Assembly: GCA_030141605.1 (NCBI GenBank)
Contig: JAQGDQ010001420.1
Span: forward strand, 1 to 41,916
Reading direction: 5' to 3'
From: Tubiluchus corallicola
Taxonomy: Eukaryota > Animalia > Priapulida
Length of the DNA stretch: 41,916 bases
This document shows positions 1 through 12,910 of this stretch, one piece after another; the first letter of the stretch is position 1, and each line of letters starts with the position of its first letter. A program made the position numbers and the translations under genes. Under the pieces are notes generated by a model, which worked only from the letters and a program-made list of their open reading frames with translations, was not told the DNA's origin and searched no databases.

Positions 1-591
1 GTCTTTTTTGAAAACTGGTTTCTAAATATACACGCTTGTTTTGAATGGTGTGTACGTGTGCGCGAGTGCAGTTATGTGCGCTCGCAAGTGTGTGGAAATA
101 AAACTAATGTTTAATATTAGTACTCAATAATAAACAACTGCTTGTTTATTTACAACATTCTGTTTTAGTAACACACCACAAGAAGTTATTGTCAAATGTG
201 CAAAAATCAATATGGACTAGTTAAAAAGCAACTATGTAGTGAAAGGGTTAATGAATTCTATGAACTACATATTATTAGTAATTACATGTATGCATAATTA
301 ATTATATGTATTTGCATATTGCTTATATTCATGCAGGCTGCACAATTGCAAGGTAGTTGTGTAATACCTTGCACCTATTCGTTATGTGGCACTTATATTA
401 AGCTGAGCTCAGTAACTGCCAGTGGTGTGTTATAGTGTTTGTAAGTGTTTTACAACACTTCCTAATATCCTACACCTACTGCAGCAGTCATACCACAATC
501 CTGGTACAGATTATGCAAAACAAGACATCATTGATAAATCTTTAGAGCTGATGTCAACATAGCACAATCTACTATCTTTTCATCCCACTAT
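1..591. repeat. Inverted duplicate of 10780-11373
   Basis: Near-identical reverse complement over about 590 bp; runs off the left edge of the window. Confidence 0.9.
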
Positions 592-1026
592 TACTACTAC
601 AAGTCCCTCACAAGTGGTTAATAGCACTACTAAGTTAACTAAATGCAACACTAATGTCATATAAATAGGGGTGGCTGTCAAGTGACCATCATGGTATTTT
701 GTCCCTCCGTCTCAATGCAATTATGCGTAATTAAATAGCATATATGCATACGGAGTGAGACAAATAATCTAATCTAATCTAATCTAATCTAATCTCTGTA
801 TGCATGCAAGCAACCGCAAAATTCCAAGGCGGTCGTAACCTAATTTGCGAAGCGTGTTTTCTCGTGCTTTGAATTTCTTAACAGCGGATCTGACATTAAA
901 CATGCGTTGCCTCGTAAACAGGAGTTTAGACATTTGGCTTTTCCACGGCCATATTAATGTTCATAAGAATTAATTACTGTTTAGCATGCTGCAATTCTCT
1001 TGTCACACAACTGTAGAAAACCTGTA

Positions 1027-1530
1027 AGTCAGTCAGTCAGTCAGTCAGTCAGTCAGTCAGTCAGTCAGTCAGTCAGTCAGTCAGTAAGTAAGTAAGTAAG
1101 TAAGTAAGTTTATTAGTTTATCACCATTTTTAAAATAGCAAAATACATAACTAACAGATTTATGAATCTATACAACATTCAATAATATTACAAAGTGCAA
1201 AAGTAATTATTGATTAGTGGTGAAAGGGTGGCGAAAGAACTATAAGTTATCGAGGTCAGCCACCCTCTCAGGATTGTTACTAATATAATTAATTAGTTAA
1301 TGCATATGTACCAGGTAATTAAAAATTATCATATTTTGCATTTAAGACAAATGAAAATTGAATTATTATACGAATGTGTTAGTTTATAATAAAGTAATGT
1401 TCAATAATGGGAAAGAAGAGACACACGTGACTATCTTTAAATAATAATTTAACCATTACGTATTTAAAATTAATGCAAATGAGGACCTAGAGCCAAAGGA
1501 AGAAAAAAAATTAATTTTCCGCTGGTATTG
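1027..1530 (-). mobile_element. Retroelement 3' end with (ACTT)n(ACTG)n tail
   Basis: Reverse complement of about 26605-27012; tetranucleotide tail at 1027-1108; hairpin ggtggc...gccacc. Confidence 0.72.
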
Positions 1531-3669
1531 GCTGTAAGATTTTAATATTCGATGATCGTGTCCTGCAAAGTTTGTATCTTTGTGTAGAAAACCCATAACA
1601 AACCATTCCCTAATTTCTTTGTAAATGCAGTGAGTTTAAACCCCAAAGTCCATAACAACGGGTTTAATGAATATATTATACTGCCCTGTAGGACCAAGAC
1701 AAAAAAACACTTTGTAAGCATGATTGGGCTTAAACCTGGAATTCTCTTCCTGTGGCTGTAAAACAAGTTTGCTCAATTCGCAAATTTAAAAACGAAAAAG
1801 AAAATTATTTGTTTAGTAACTCTTGACTACCTGTGTTTTTTGTTTATTTTGGTAGTATATAATAACATGTATATAATGCACATCTTAGTCAACTGTCATG
1901 CATTCGGCATTGTTGTCTATTATGTATATTTCGATATGCAAAAAGTATTATTGACATAATGTAATGTATATAGCTTATATGTTTATTTATTTCCACTCTG
2001 TATCTAACAGTTATAATAAAAATACAGATAATTTCACTGAAGTAAATATAAATATAAATGCAATATTATCCAGAAATTACAAAAGAGATTCTTATGCAGC
2101 ATATAAATGTGCAAATTACATTACAGAGTAATTTTGATGCATACAGTTTGAGCTTAAAAGCATAGTTTGACAGTCCAAACTGTACGTGGAAATCTTAAAG
2201 AAGTGATTAATAATTGAAATAATAATAATATGTACATAAAATTGTGGAGGGAGTAGTGAATGAAAGATGAAATGGAGCAAAAACTAAGAAAAACTGTGAT
2301 CATGATTATAAAATGTTCAGTAACCTGTTGAGCACTGTATGTATGTATGTAGCTTATATGTCAAGTTATGTATATAGCTTATATGTATTTTGACAAGCAG
2401 CACATAATGTGTAATATATGTATTATGTATTTTCCTTGACTAACCTGCACCTCTAATCACATTCTTCTCATACACACATCCTAATTTTAAACCCTGCCTT
2501 GCTTTACCTAATCCTTTCTCACTATCAATGTTGTACTCACAAGATTTTCTTTCAGCACACACTGAAGCATTTTATTGCAAACAATTACATTTATTGGCAG
2601 TTATTTTGTAATTATTGTTTCGTATCATTGAATGTACCATTTTGTGAGAAACGAATTCTATAAGCTAATCTAAGTCTATAAATCTTCAAATCAATTTATC
2701 CTCTGAACAGCCTAAAAAAATTGTGGCATTTTCATTCCTCATGTATGCACTTAGATTAGTTCTTTTTCTTCTCAGAAAAAAGATCAGAAATTAATCTAGT
2801 AAACTGGTCGCTAAAATCTTCAATCTTGAAATACAGTCAACATTAACACTGGTAAAAATCACTTTCAATTATCATGGGATATACAATTTTTAAAATTAAT
2901 TAAATTAAAAAAAGAAGTTTAGCAGTTTGACTTGATTAACGTTCAATAATTTCGTGGCCGCTCAATATAAACAGACATAAAAAACATCCCATTTATTGCT
3001 ATCACGATTCGCGATCAGCATCAGAGCAGCTAAAGCGTCCTTAGCCACTTTAACACACTGGTGGAATTCATGCGTAATACCGTAAATCACAAACTTCCTA
3101 GTTATGGACTTCAAGATTAAATTCGAGATACAAACTTACCTTAAAAAGATTACATTTTTACAAAGCTTTAAAAACGTCCCCAATAATGCCAAAGTAAACA
3201 CAAAAATAATTGCAAATTTATGTAGTAACAGTCAATACCAAATACACAATTTCACATCTTCCGCGGCGCTAATTTTACTAAAACTAAAAGTGGAACTGCG
3301 AAAACGCTGGACAGAGGGCAGCACGATACAATGACTGTCGCCCACAGATGCAACGGATTGCGCATAGATTAAAGTTTTCTCACCTTTACAATACCGTTTA
3401 TATGAATATTTACAATAATTGTTATTATTTAACGAGAGTGCAGAGAATTAAGGAAATAAGTCAAACTGACATTTTTTCATTAATAACAAATTTCTTTTTT
3501 ATAAATATATGCATGTATTTATTTTGTTTCCTTGTTTTTTGTTTTCTGTTTATATGTTCATTAACTATCCTAATCATTTAAATTATTTATTTTCGGACTA
3601 TTTATCAATTTGCTTCTCTGTCCCTCTCTAGCTCTCTCTTTCTCCCACTCACTTGCTCTGTCTCTCCTT

Positions 3670-3965
<296 letters not shown>

Positions 3966-6324
3966 GTGTGTGGGTGGGTGCGTGCATGTGTGTGTCTCCC
4001 AGGTTTCTAGCGAGTAATCATGAATTTTCTTTATTTTGTTTAATGCTGCCTCGGATAATTTTAAATTTTCCATCTATTTAAATTATTAATTCTAATTTGG
4101 TAAGAAAGCTAAATGCAATATATCAATCATTGCTAAAAACCTCATCACCCCCAGCAACTCTAAAGACCCCATGATCAATGATAGCATCTTATAGCTACTC
4201 CAATAAATTGCTGCTCAACTTAGTTTAATGGTGATTCTCAAACAAATCAGCTAGATTGAATGGCCTTTAAAAATTAGCTAGACTGACTCGTTTGAAATAA
4301 AATAAAATTAGGAAAAACCGATAATTAATGAAAATGATCTCTACTGAAAATATAGCAATGCCTCAGTGGCAGTGAAATACAAAAAAACAACAATGATAAT
4401 TGGAGCTGAATACAAAAATATAACATGGAAAATATTTATGTAGTTATTATCCATTGGCAGTCATTATTAAACAAAGAAATTAAAATTTGAAAAATAACCA
4501 TGAAAAAATAATTATTAACGGTAAAACAGCAAGTGTATGTAATTAGCACACAATTAAGTTGTTTCTATGACCATTTCTACGATTTTTTCGTTCCTCAGCA
4601 GCTTTCAGTGTCTCAGTCGTGCAAGCTATAAGATTAATAAATCATTTAGAGGATTTCCCCTACTGCCAGGCAGAGTATCTGCCTTGTTGGCAGGCAACGC
4701 TGTATTTTTTCTTAAGTGATATAATGGATATCGTGCTGGCGTAGAAGGTATAGTGTCTAGTGCTTGCCGAAAAAAATTATCTGTATCTAGGGTAAATTAG
4801 TTTCGTCTTATGATTCTGCCTATGTAATAAATAATAAGTTTTTATTATAGTAAAAACTTCAACTATGTGCAGTAGACGCTGCGGATATTCATTGACGATG
4901 ACGTGGCATGTCTGTGTCTTCCATTAACACTTAGAATAATATAAGCTAGGTATTGCAAAAGCTGGATTAACTCTAGCAGCTAAGCAAAAATGCCCACTTT
5001 TAAGTATTCTGGTACTTAGTACTTAATTTAACACCAAATCTATTTTTAATACTATATACTATAATGTTTATATATGTATGTAGGGTTATATATATATATA
5101 CATACACCTAAAAAATGTCATGAGCCTGTAAGTAAACTTGTATTTTTACTTGTATTTTTAATAAGGGGCAGCTGACCAAGTGACCAATGCTGGTCCTTCT
5201 CAGTTGCAATGAAATGTAAAAATAATTATGTCGAATTTTAACTGCTATTGAGAAAATTAACTTTTATACCGCTTTATAGTCTAGATCTTTTCATTTCAAG
5301 GTAGACAACGTTTCATTCAATGTCCACATCAATGTCTAAATATTCATACAGACGCTTCATTTTCATAAGCAAAGTAAATGTCGATGTGTAGACAAAGTTC
5401 AGTGTTTTGAATGTCATTTTTTTAATGACCGTATGGACTAGGGATAACCCGTGCTGCTTGTTATATAATAATATTTCATTTGACTAGCATACAAATAAGA
5501 AAGTAAGAAGCATGCGTTGTAGCTGCTGCTACTCAAATGTCTGGACATCTTCGCTGTACATCTGGGATGATCTGGCACAATACCAGACCAAAAAATCATT
5601 TGTGTACTTGCAAACCGAAACCGTACATAAGTCGGCATTGTTGAAACTAAATTATGATGCTTTAAAGTAGAATGCACCAAAAATTTGGTCAAATGTCAAT
5701 TTTTTATTTTTTTGTTTACAAATAACATAGAGCGATGAGCTTGGTGTCAAAATGATCTGCAAGATATGTAAATAACTAGAAATGCTTAATTGCAGTTTTA
5801 TGGACGATTTTTCCATGTAAGCGCACATATTGTATTTGCATTTGTATTTTCTTTACTGGATAATTATCTGTGTTTTACTGATGTTATAGTAAGACTAGCA
5901 AAGTCCCGGCAAAAAATTTTGCATATAAATACACTTATAATCAAAATACGCGGACATCCTACATAGTCCTCATTTGCAACGCAAAGCAAGCAGCAGCTTT
6001 TACTGAATTAAAGTTATAGACAGAGTACAATGGATGACGTCAGAATAATGGCTTTGCATCAGCAGTTTTCTAAGCAAAAATTGCCAAAAATAGAACATCT
6101 AATTAACTCGTCGCCACTCCTCTTGGTGAATGTGTACTAAAATATATCCCACACCATCGCGTAGCCCTGTTCTTCCTCTTTCTAAAGAGCTATATATCTC
6201 CTTTCGAGAGTCCCACCAGGCGCTGCTAAAACGTTTTTTCCGCATGCTGTTTGGTCAAAATTTCGAAAAAATCGCGAGTTGGGTCCGGGAAAAAAATAAT
6301 TGCAGAAATTAATAAACATTGAAT

Positions 6325-6786
6325 GAGGGATGAGAATTTTCTGTGGACACGCGGAATTCTGAGTTTTTGGAAGACCAGTAGTGCCATTTTTGTAAATCGC
6401 GTAAATTCGTTGAGAAAATTTTTACAGACGCGGTACATTATTTCACAAACTGACCGCTAGTTGGCAGGCCGTCACTTTGTTTACGTCACGTACATCAGTG
6501 TAAACACGTGTAGATCTCTATGTATAAAAATATAGAATCAATTGTGCGGAGTTATTTGAGTCAATTGCAGACAGTTTTTATATATTTTTGCATAGGAGCG
6601 GCCAGTACTTAGGCGTTTTTGAGACAATTAGGTATCATGTATCCTTGATAGTTGGGTATTTTAAATTATGCATGAAACAAGGTAATTGATATTTTAAGTC
6701 CACCTAGAGGTTCTCAACGGCCTACATGGCCGCCAAACCCCACGGCCTGTTTCAGAGTTTTTTGCAATTTGTCATTCTCATCCCTG
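6325..6786. mobile_element. MITE with (C)AGGGATGAGAA TIRs, copy 1, upstream of CHID1
   Basis: agggatgagaa...ttctcatccctg; direct homolog at 27230-27742; no TSD recognised. Confidence 0.8.
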
Positions 6787-6961
6787 TTACTGGATAATTG
6801 TCTGTATTTTACTGATATTATAGTAAGATGCTGTGCAGAAATTAATAAACCTTGAACTCTGCAATGCGTCTTTTGTTTTGCAGGCAAAAAAAGTGCCACT
6901 GGCTGACCAACTTTGACCACACCTTCAATGGCTTAATGGGGAGACAAAAGGGGATCATAGG

Positions 6962-8221
6962 ATGAATACGCTGTGCTGTTCTCTGTTCCTCCTCTGCACG
7001 GTGGTCCTTCATCAGTCTCTTGCCACCTTGTCGCCTCCGCAAAAGAAGAAAAAAGACGGGGGCGACGTGACGCCCACGCCGCATCGGCACGGCAACAACA
7101 ACAACAACAAGAAGCAAAAGGGGACGAAAACTGCGTCCGACGGAAAACCCCGGGTGACGCTGACGGCCGAAGAAGAGGAGCTGAAGCTGACGCTGCAGCG
7201 TCCCACGTACGACAAGATCGTCGCCACCCACGAGCAGCACTCCCCCCCGGGGAAACACAAGGACGCGAGTTACTTCAACAGTCGGACGCTCGGCTACGTC
7301 ACACCGTGGAACAACCACGGCTACGACGTCGCCAAGATCTACGGCAACAAGTTCACGTACATATCACCGGTTTGGCTGCAGGTCCGGCCGCCGTCGCGTC
7401 ACGGTAAGTTTGTCGTCACCGGAGGCCACGACATCGACAAGGGATGGATGGCGGAGGTGAAGAAGGGGCGTAAGACGTACCTGACTCCGCGCGTCCTCTT
7501 TGACGGCTGGTCGGGCGCCGATTTCGCCGACGTGTTCAATAATCCGGACTCGGAAGAGGCGCTGATCAAGACTCTCCTGGAGTTCACTCAGCTGCACGGC
7601 TTCAACGGAATCGTCGTGGAGATATTCAGTCAAGCCGGCGGCGCGGCGAAAGTGGAAGTTGCGGATCTCGTGATCCACATGGCGGAGAGCTTCCACGACG
7701 AGGACCTGGAGATCATACTCGTCATTCCGCCGGCGGTGTACGAAGCCAAGCGAGCCGGATTCTTCATCAAAGAAGATTTCGACAGACTGGCGCCTCACGT
7801 GGATGCGTTCAGCTTGATGACCTACGACTTTTCTAATCCGGCCAAACCTGGACCAAACAGTCCGCTATGGTGGGTGAAGAACTGCGTCCAGCTGATATGT
7901 CCCGACGCGAAGTCGCCATGGCGACAGAAGATACTGGTGGGACTGAATTTCTACGGCAACGATTATTCTTCGCAAGGCAGCGAAGCCATATTAGGAAATA
8001 AATACATTGAACTGCTTAAGACGTACACGCCCACCATCGAGTGGGAGGACACTTCCGCGGAAAACTACTTCCGCTACACGAAGGGGAACGTTCCCCACGC
8101 CGTGTTTTATCCCTCGTTGCTTTCCGTACAGATACGCTTGGAGCTGGCGCTGAGTCTGGGAACCGGGATATCCATATGGGAACTCGGACAGGGCCTAGAC
8201 TTTTACTACGACGTCATCTGA
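6962..8221 (+). CDS. CHID1: Chitinase domain-containing protein 1 (GH18 fold, SI-CLP-like), single coding exon, 419 aa
   Basis: Uninterrupted GC-rich ORF with an N-terminal signal-like peptide. Motifs LGYVTPWNNHGYDVAK, ISPVWLQV, FSLMTYDFS, PGPNSPL, KILVGLNFYG and C-terminal GISIWELGQGLDFYYD are characteristic of CHID1. Confidence 0.93.
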   Translation: MNTLCCSLFLLCTVVLHQSLATLSPPQKKKKDGGDVTPTPHRHGNNNNNKKQKGTKTASDGKPRVTLTAEEEELKLTLQRPTYDKIVATHEQHSPPGKHKDASYFNSRTLGYVTPWNNHGYDVAKIYGNKFTYISPVWLQVRPPSRHGKFVVTGGHDIDKGWMAEVKKGRKTYLTPRVLFDGWSGADFADVFNNPDSEEALIKTLLEFTQLHGFNGIVVEIFSQAGGAAKVEVADLVIHMAESFHDEDLEIILVIPPAVYEAKRAGFFIKEDFDRLAPHVDAFSLMTYDFSNPAKPGPNSPLWWVKNCVQLICPDAKSPWRQKILVGLNFYGNDYSSQGSEAILGNKYIELLKTYTPTIEWEDTSAENYFRYTKGNVPHAVFYPSLLSVQIRLELALSLGTGISIWELGQGLDFYYDVI

Positions 8222-8864
8222 GCGTTTCCATGGTGATTCTGGCGTCATTCAACGAGAGAATCTTTCATATCGGCTGTTCCGTGTGTTAAAAGTACATATA
8301 TTATTCCCGCCGCTAGATGGTGCATCATGACTGATCAGGTTTTTAAAACGTGGTGTACTAACATCATAATCAGTATTGATATAAAATTTGTGGCTCATAA
8401 TTGGCGCGAATTCTGTAAAAATTATTCTGCTCACCAGTGCGTTGTACTCCCGGCACTTACTGCATGTGTACTTTTATAAGTGCATTTATATTAGCAATTG
8501 AAAAAGATAGGCTTCAAGCGATACATGAAACATGGCATGACAAACTACCTGGCTTCGTATTACTGGCTGCAGCTGTGCTGTAATATACCGTGAGAATTTA
8601 AGCTTTCTGAGGTTCAAGAAACTTGCTTATATCCTATGCTTATGATTAGCATGGTTAGAAATGAAGATATTGATACTGTATATCGACTGTTTCATGTGTT
8701 AAAAGTTGCTTTGGGATTTGGAAAACCCGTTGAAATTTGGAAAAGTCGAATTTTTAGATGCAATAAAAATAAACGTTATGGCAATTATCTAAAATCATAG
8801 CCTGAAATTGTGATGCAGATTATGGCGGATTGTATTAAGGACGACATATCTTTCATATCGACCG

Positions 8865-9259
8865 TAGGGATGAGCATCGAACGCTCGAATTCGATTCGAA
8901 CGAGTTTTTTTAGTTCGAACTCGATTCGAATCCAAAACCTTAGATTCGAATAATTCAGCACTTCAATCACACATGTTCCTGATCATTAAAACGATTGAAA
9001 CATCATGCGATTAGCATAATTTAGTTGTTATTTCTGCGCAGAACTCTAAGCAAATTACTAGTCGTTTTATTGCAGAACAAAATCTAGTGATATGCATGAT
9101 CTTTGTAAGACTAATTTTACTGGTGGTTCGAAAACTAGTTCGAAAATCGTTCAATCTCAATTCGAATTCGAAACACTGAAGTTCGGTTCGATTCAAATTC
9201 GAAAGTCACAAATTCGATCCGATTCGAATTCGCTGTCTGGTAGAGAATGCTCACGCCTA
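8865..9259. mobile_element. hAT-type MITE rich in TTCGAA motifs, copy 1
   Basis: TIRs tagggatgagcat / atgctcacgccta; 8-bp TSD atcgaccg / atcgactg; inverted homolog at 21977-22416. Confidence 0.88.
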
Positions 9260-9463
9260 ATCGACTGTTCCGTGTGTTAAAATTTGATTTGAGATTTGGA
9301 AAAACTGCAGCATCTGAACAGATCATAAAAATAAATGTTATCGCAATTATCTAAAATCGTAGTCTGAAATTGTAATACGGATTATGCCGGATTGTATCAA
9401 GGACAACAGTTTGATAATGCTATAATTTGGCTCATGAAAAGTATAGGGGACTTATCTATAACT

Positions 9464-9682
9464 ATGCAAAATGGTTGAAAATGTACTTGCAAAGTATTAA
9501 TGCAAAATGGTTAAAAATGTACTTCCAAAGTTTTAATGCAAAATGGTTGAAAATGTACTTGTAAAGTATTAATGCAAAATGGTTGAAAACGTACTTGCAA
9601 AGTTTTAACGCAAAATGGTTGAAAATGTACTTGCAAAGCTTTAATGCAAAATGGTTGTAAATGTACTTGCAAAGTTTTAATG
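9464..9682. repeat. 36-bp minisatellite, about 6 copies
   Basis: Unit tgcaaaatggttgaaaatgtacttgcaaagt(a/t)ttaa. Confidence 0.92.
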
Positions 9683-9730
9683 ATGAACTATATGAAACCC
9701 TGACAAGACATTTGTGATAAATGACCAAGC

Positions 9731-10166
9731 CAGTGGCGGCTCGTGTATAGGTACAGTGGAACTGCAGCACCCCCTATTTTCACTCAATATTATAATATTC
9801 AATATAATGTCTTTTTTCTTTATACTTGTGCGGAACCAGAGCACGTGAGGACAGCACAGTGCGCTCCAGCAACGCGGTGTTTGGCTGCTGTGTGCATACG
9901 GCCATGCACACATGTCTAGGTAGAAAAAGTCTCGTCGCTCACACAGTTTGTTGTCAGTTGAACTGCAGCAATTTAGGCTGCTAGTACACATTGTTTAGGG
10001 TTTCGTCAGTTTATGTATAAACTTTCATACGTTTATTTCTTTAAAATTACAATTGCAACATTAAAATGACATATGTTTGTTTCGTTTTACACAGTATTAA
10101 AACAATGGCTAAACATTTTCTGAAGCAGCCCCCCCCCCCACTAATCTTAACTACGAGCCACCAATG
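9731..10166. mobile_element. Internally deleted copy of the 31139-32202 element
   Basis: TIRs cagtggcggctcgt / acgagccaccaatg; both arms match the long copy; degenerate TSD gaccaagc / gaccacac. Confidence 0.8.
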
Positions 10167-10487
10167 GACCACACTAAAAGTATTAACTGCTAGTGGAGAA
10201 TGGGTTTTAGCTGAATTTTGACAAGTTCAGAGTCAATTTAAATGTTTTGCTTCAACTTCTGTTGTGAATTTTCTTACATTACTAATTATAAATATTATAT
10301 TGTAATTCAAATTTTATAATTTTGTTACTATTTTTATAGGAAAATAAAGGGAAGTTTCGCTTCATTTTGATTTAATAGGTTTTCTTTCATTTCATTTTTA
10401 CAGCAAAATACGTTTATATTATTATAAAAATATTATTTTCCTCGGAAAATGTGTATACGTTCATATTCATGTAAAGGGTGCACTTTA

Positions 10488-10933
10488 ATTAATTTTTTTA
10501 TTATTATTTTTTATTATTATTATTATTATCACATTCAGTACAATATAAAGCACACAGTGACATCAAAATTATTACATCATACTGTATTAAATTGTTATGT
10601 TTCATACACTATCTTTATCATAAAAGAATAATTGTACTGCAGTGGGCTAGAGAAGCAAAGGCTTGTATAAGCCCACTGTCATGTGAACCCGATAAAAAAA
10701 CAATGGATGAGTGAACAAAAAAAAGAACTGGGAGAAAGGTTAGATCACACAGGAAGGGTAGAAGGATGTGTTAGTGGAAATAGTGGGATGAAAAGATAGT
10801 AGATTGTGCTATGTTGACATCAGCTCTAAAGATTTATCAATGATGCCTTGTTTTGCATAATCTGTATCAGGATTGTGGTATGACTGCTGCAGTAGGTGTA
10901 GGATATTAGGAAGTGTTGTAAAACACTTACAAA
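10488..10933 (-). mobile_element. Short retroelement 3' fragment with (AAT)n tail
   Basis: Flanked by the direct repeat CACTTTA (10481-10487, 10934-10940); hairpin cagtgggct...agcccactg; uninterrupted host sequence seen at about 13060-13235. Confidence 0.72.
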
Positions 10934-11510
10934 CACTTTATAACACACCACTGGCAGTTACTGAGCTCAGCTTGTATATAAGTGCCACATAACGAATAGG
11001 TGCAAGGTATTACACAACTACCTTGCAATTGTGCAGCCTGCATGAATATAAGCAATATGCAAATACATATAATTAATTATGCATACATGTAATTACTAAT
11101 AATATGTAGTTCATAGAATTCATTAACCCTTTCACTACATAGTTGCTTTTTAACTAGTCCATATTGATTTTTGCACATTTGACAATAACTTCTTGTGGTG
11201 TGTTACTAAAACAGAATGTTGTAAATAAACAAGTAGTTGTTCATTATTGAGTACTAATATTAAACATTAGCTTTATTTCCACACACATGTGAGCGCACAT
11301 AACCGCACTCACGCACACGTATACGCCTTTCAAAACAAGCATGTATATTTAGAAACCAGTTTTCAAAAAAGACACAATACTATTCCGTAATATGCAGAAC
11401 GGTATCATTTTACAAGAATGCAGAACAATCAACTAGACAACTAGAACTACTGAAACTATAATTTAACATTCACCCTTTGAAATTTCAACTTCGTAACGCA
11501 ACTGTTTCAA

Positions 11511-12177
11511 ATATGTGTGCTTCCAAAGTAAAACCGTATATAAGTCGGCATAGTTAAAACTACGTTATGATGCTTCAAGACAGAAGGCAACAAAAATTTA
11601 GTCAATGTCAATTTTTTTGTTTTTTTATAAAAACAAATGCTAAATATATTGGACTTTTAAATTCTAAGCATCAAATTATCAAGAAAATGGTCAAAAAATA
11701 CTAAAAAATCTAATTCCCTTCCTAACTTTTCTGGCTAGAAACTAGTGCTGTAATTGTAAAAAAACTTTGTATTTTCAAACTCTGATAGTAGCTCTTGAAA
11801 GCTGTCATTTAGCTGCGAGTTTTTTTTCTGTTGACAAGTCCAGATCTTCGTCAGGAAGAGACATCTACTACGTTTAAACATAACTTCAATGTGTTCTTGC
11901 AAAGTCTGTAGCAACCAACATTCGTACTGTTGCTAAGTGTTTTGTAAAAATGTGACAAAAAACAATGGCTGACTTTAACAGTGATTTTCTCAAGATTATT
12001 TTCAGTGTGTAACCTGCACCTCAACTTCAACATGGATTATCTCAGCTTAGAAATAACATAGAGCGATGAACTTGGTACCTAAATGATCTTCATGAAATAG
12101 AGATTCAGGATACATGAATAACTAGAAAAGCTTTACTGCCGACTTATGGACGATTTTGCTAGGCAAGCTCACACATT
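11511..12177. mobile_element. Unclassified non-autonomous DNA element with imperfect TIRs of about 40 bp
   Basis: atgtgtgctt...ataagtcggca at the left end and tgccgacttat...aagctcacacat at the right. Related copies at about 5598-5830 (internally deleted), 13290-13578 (inverted partial) and 38826-39155 (partial). Confidence 0.75.
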
Positions 12178-12444
12178 ATAGTAGTCTAACTGTTGGCACA
12201 TTTCTTCTGCGCTACTTACAGCCAAAAAACGAAAACACACAGCTACAATTTGCACCGTATTAATTAACGAAAATTACTAGAAACAATGACGTCATTTTGA
12301 GACCTGCATAACTTTTCCGGACCGTTTACATTTTCAACGGAAAAATCCGCGTAAATCGAAGATAGCTGATGCGTTCGGAAGCCACGGGTTTGATGAAATA
12401 AGATTTCTAGTTTTCAATCGAGCACAATTAGCAGTTCAAAAATA

Positions 12445-12605
12445 TCAGCTGGGTTTTGTCTGTTCGGTCACCATCGTATCTGTCGAATTGGCAGCAACCT
12501 GCTCCTTCGCCTCGTCCGCTTTGGCCGCCTCCTCTTCCGCTTTTAACCTGTTTCTTTTAGCAACGATGTAGCTGTACGGATGTACCGGCGTGAAGCCACT
12601 CAAAC
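12445..12605 (-). CDS. MRPS16: Mitochondrial ribosomal protein S16, last coding exon
   Basis: Acceptor ctccttgtcatag at 12606 restores LLG|LSGFTPVHP, matching the metazoan MRPS16 LLGLAGFFPxHP motif; TGA at 12447-12445. Confidence 0.88.
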
Positions 12606-12620
12606 CTATGACAAGGAGAA

Positions 12621-12910
12621 GCCAGATTAAAATGTTGACGTAAAGGCAGTGATGCCAGATTAAAATGTTGACGTAAAGGCAGTGATGCCAGATTAAAATG
12701 TTGATGTAAAGGCAGTGATGCCAGATTAAAATGTTGATGTAAAGGCAGTGATGCCAGATTAAAATGTTGATGTAAAGGCAGTGATGCCAGATTAAAATGT
12801 TGACGTAAAGGCAGTGATGCCAGATTAAAATGTTGACGTAAAGGCAGTGATGCCAGATTAAAATGTTGATGTAAAGGCAGTGATGCCAGATTAAAATGTT
12901 GATGTAAAGG
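12621..12910. repeat. 33-bp minisatellite, about 9 copies, next to the MRPS16 acceptor
   Basis: Unit gccagattaaaatgttga(c/t)gtaaaggcagtgat. Confidence 0.95.

Noticed and set aside
3130-3350. Possible promoter and minus-strand first exon of a neighbouring gene (aag|gtaagt at about 3138)
   Set aside because: Only a donor-like hexamer and a small CpG patch; no downstream exon found in the window.
4662-4696. GC-rich hairpin as a Helitron end or small RNA
   Set aside because: No CTRR terminus at the expected distance and no second copy in the window.
6842-8289. Overlapping alternative-frame and antisense ORFs on CHID1
   Set aside because: Expected shadows of a GC-rich CDS; no recognisable domains.
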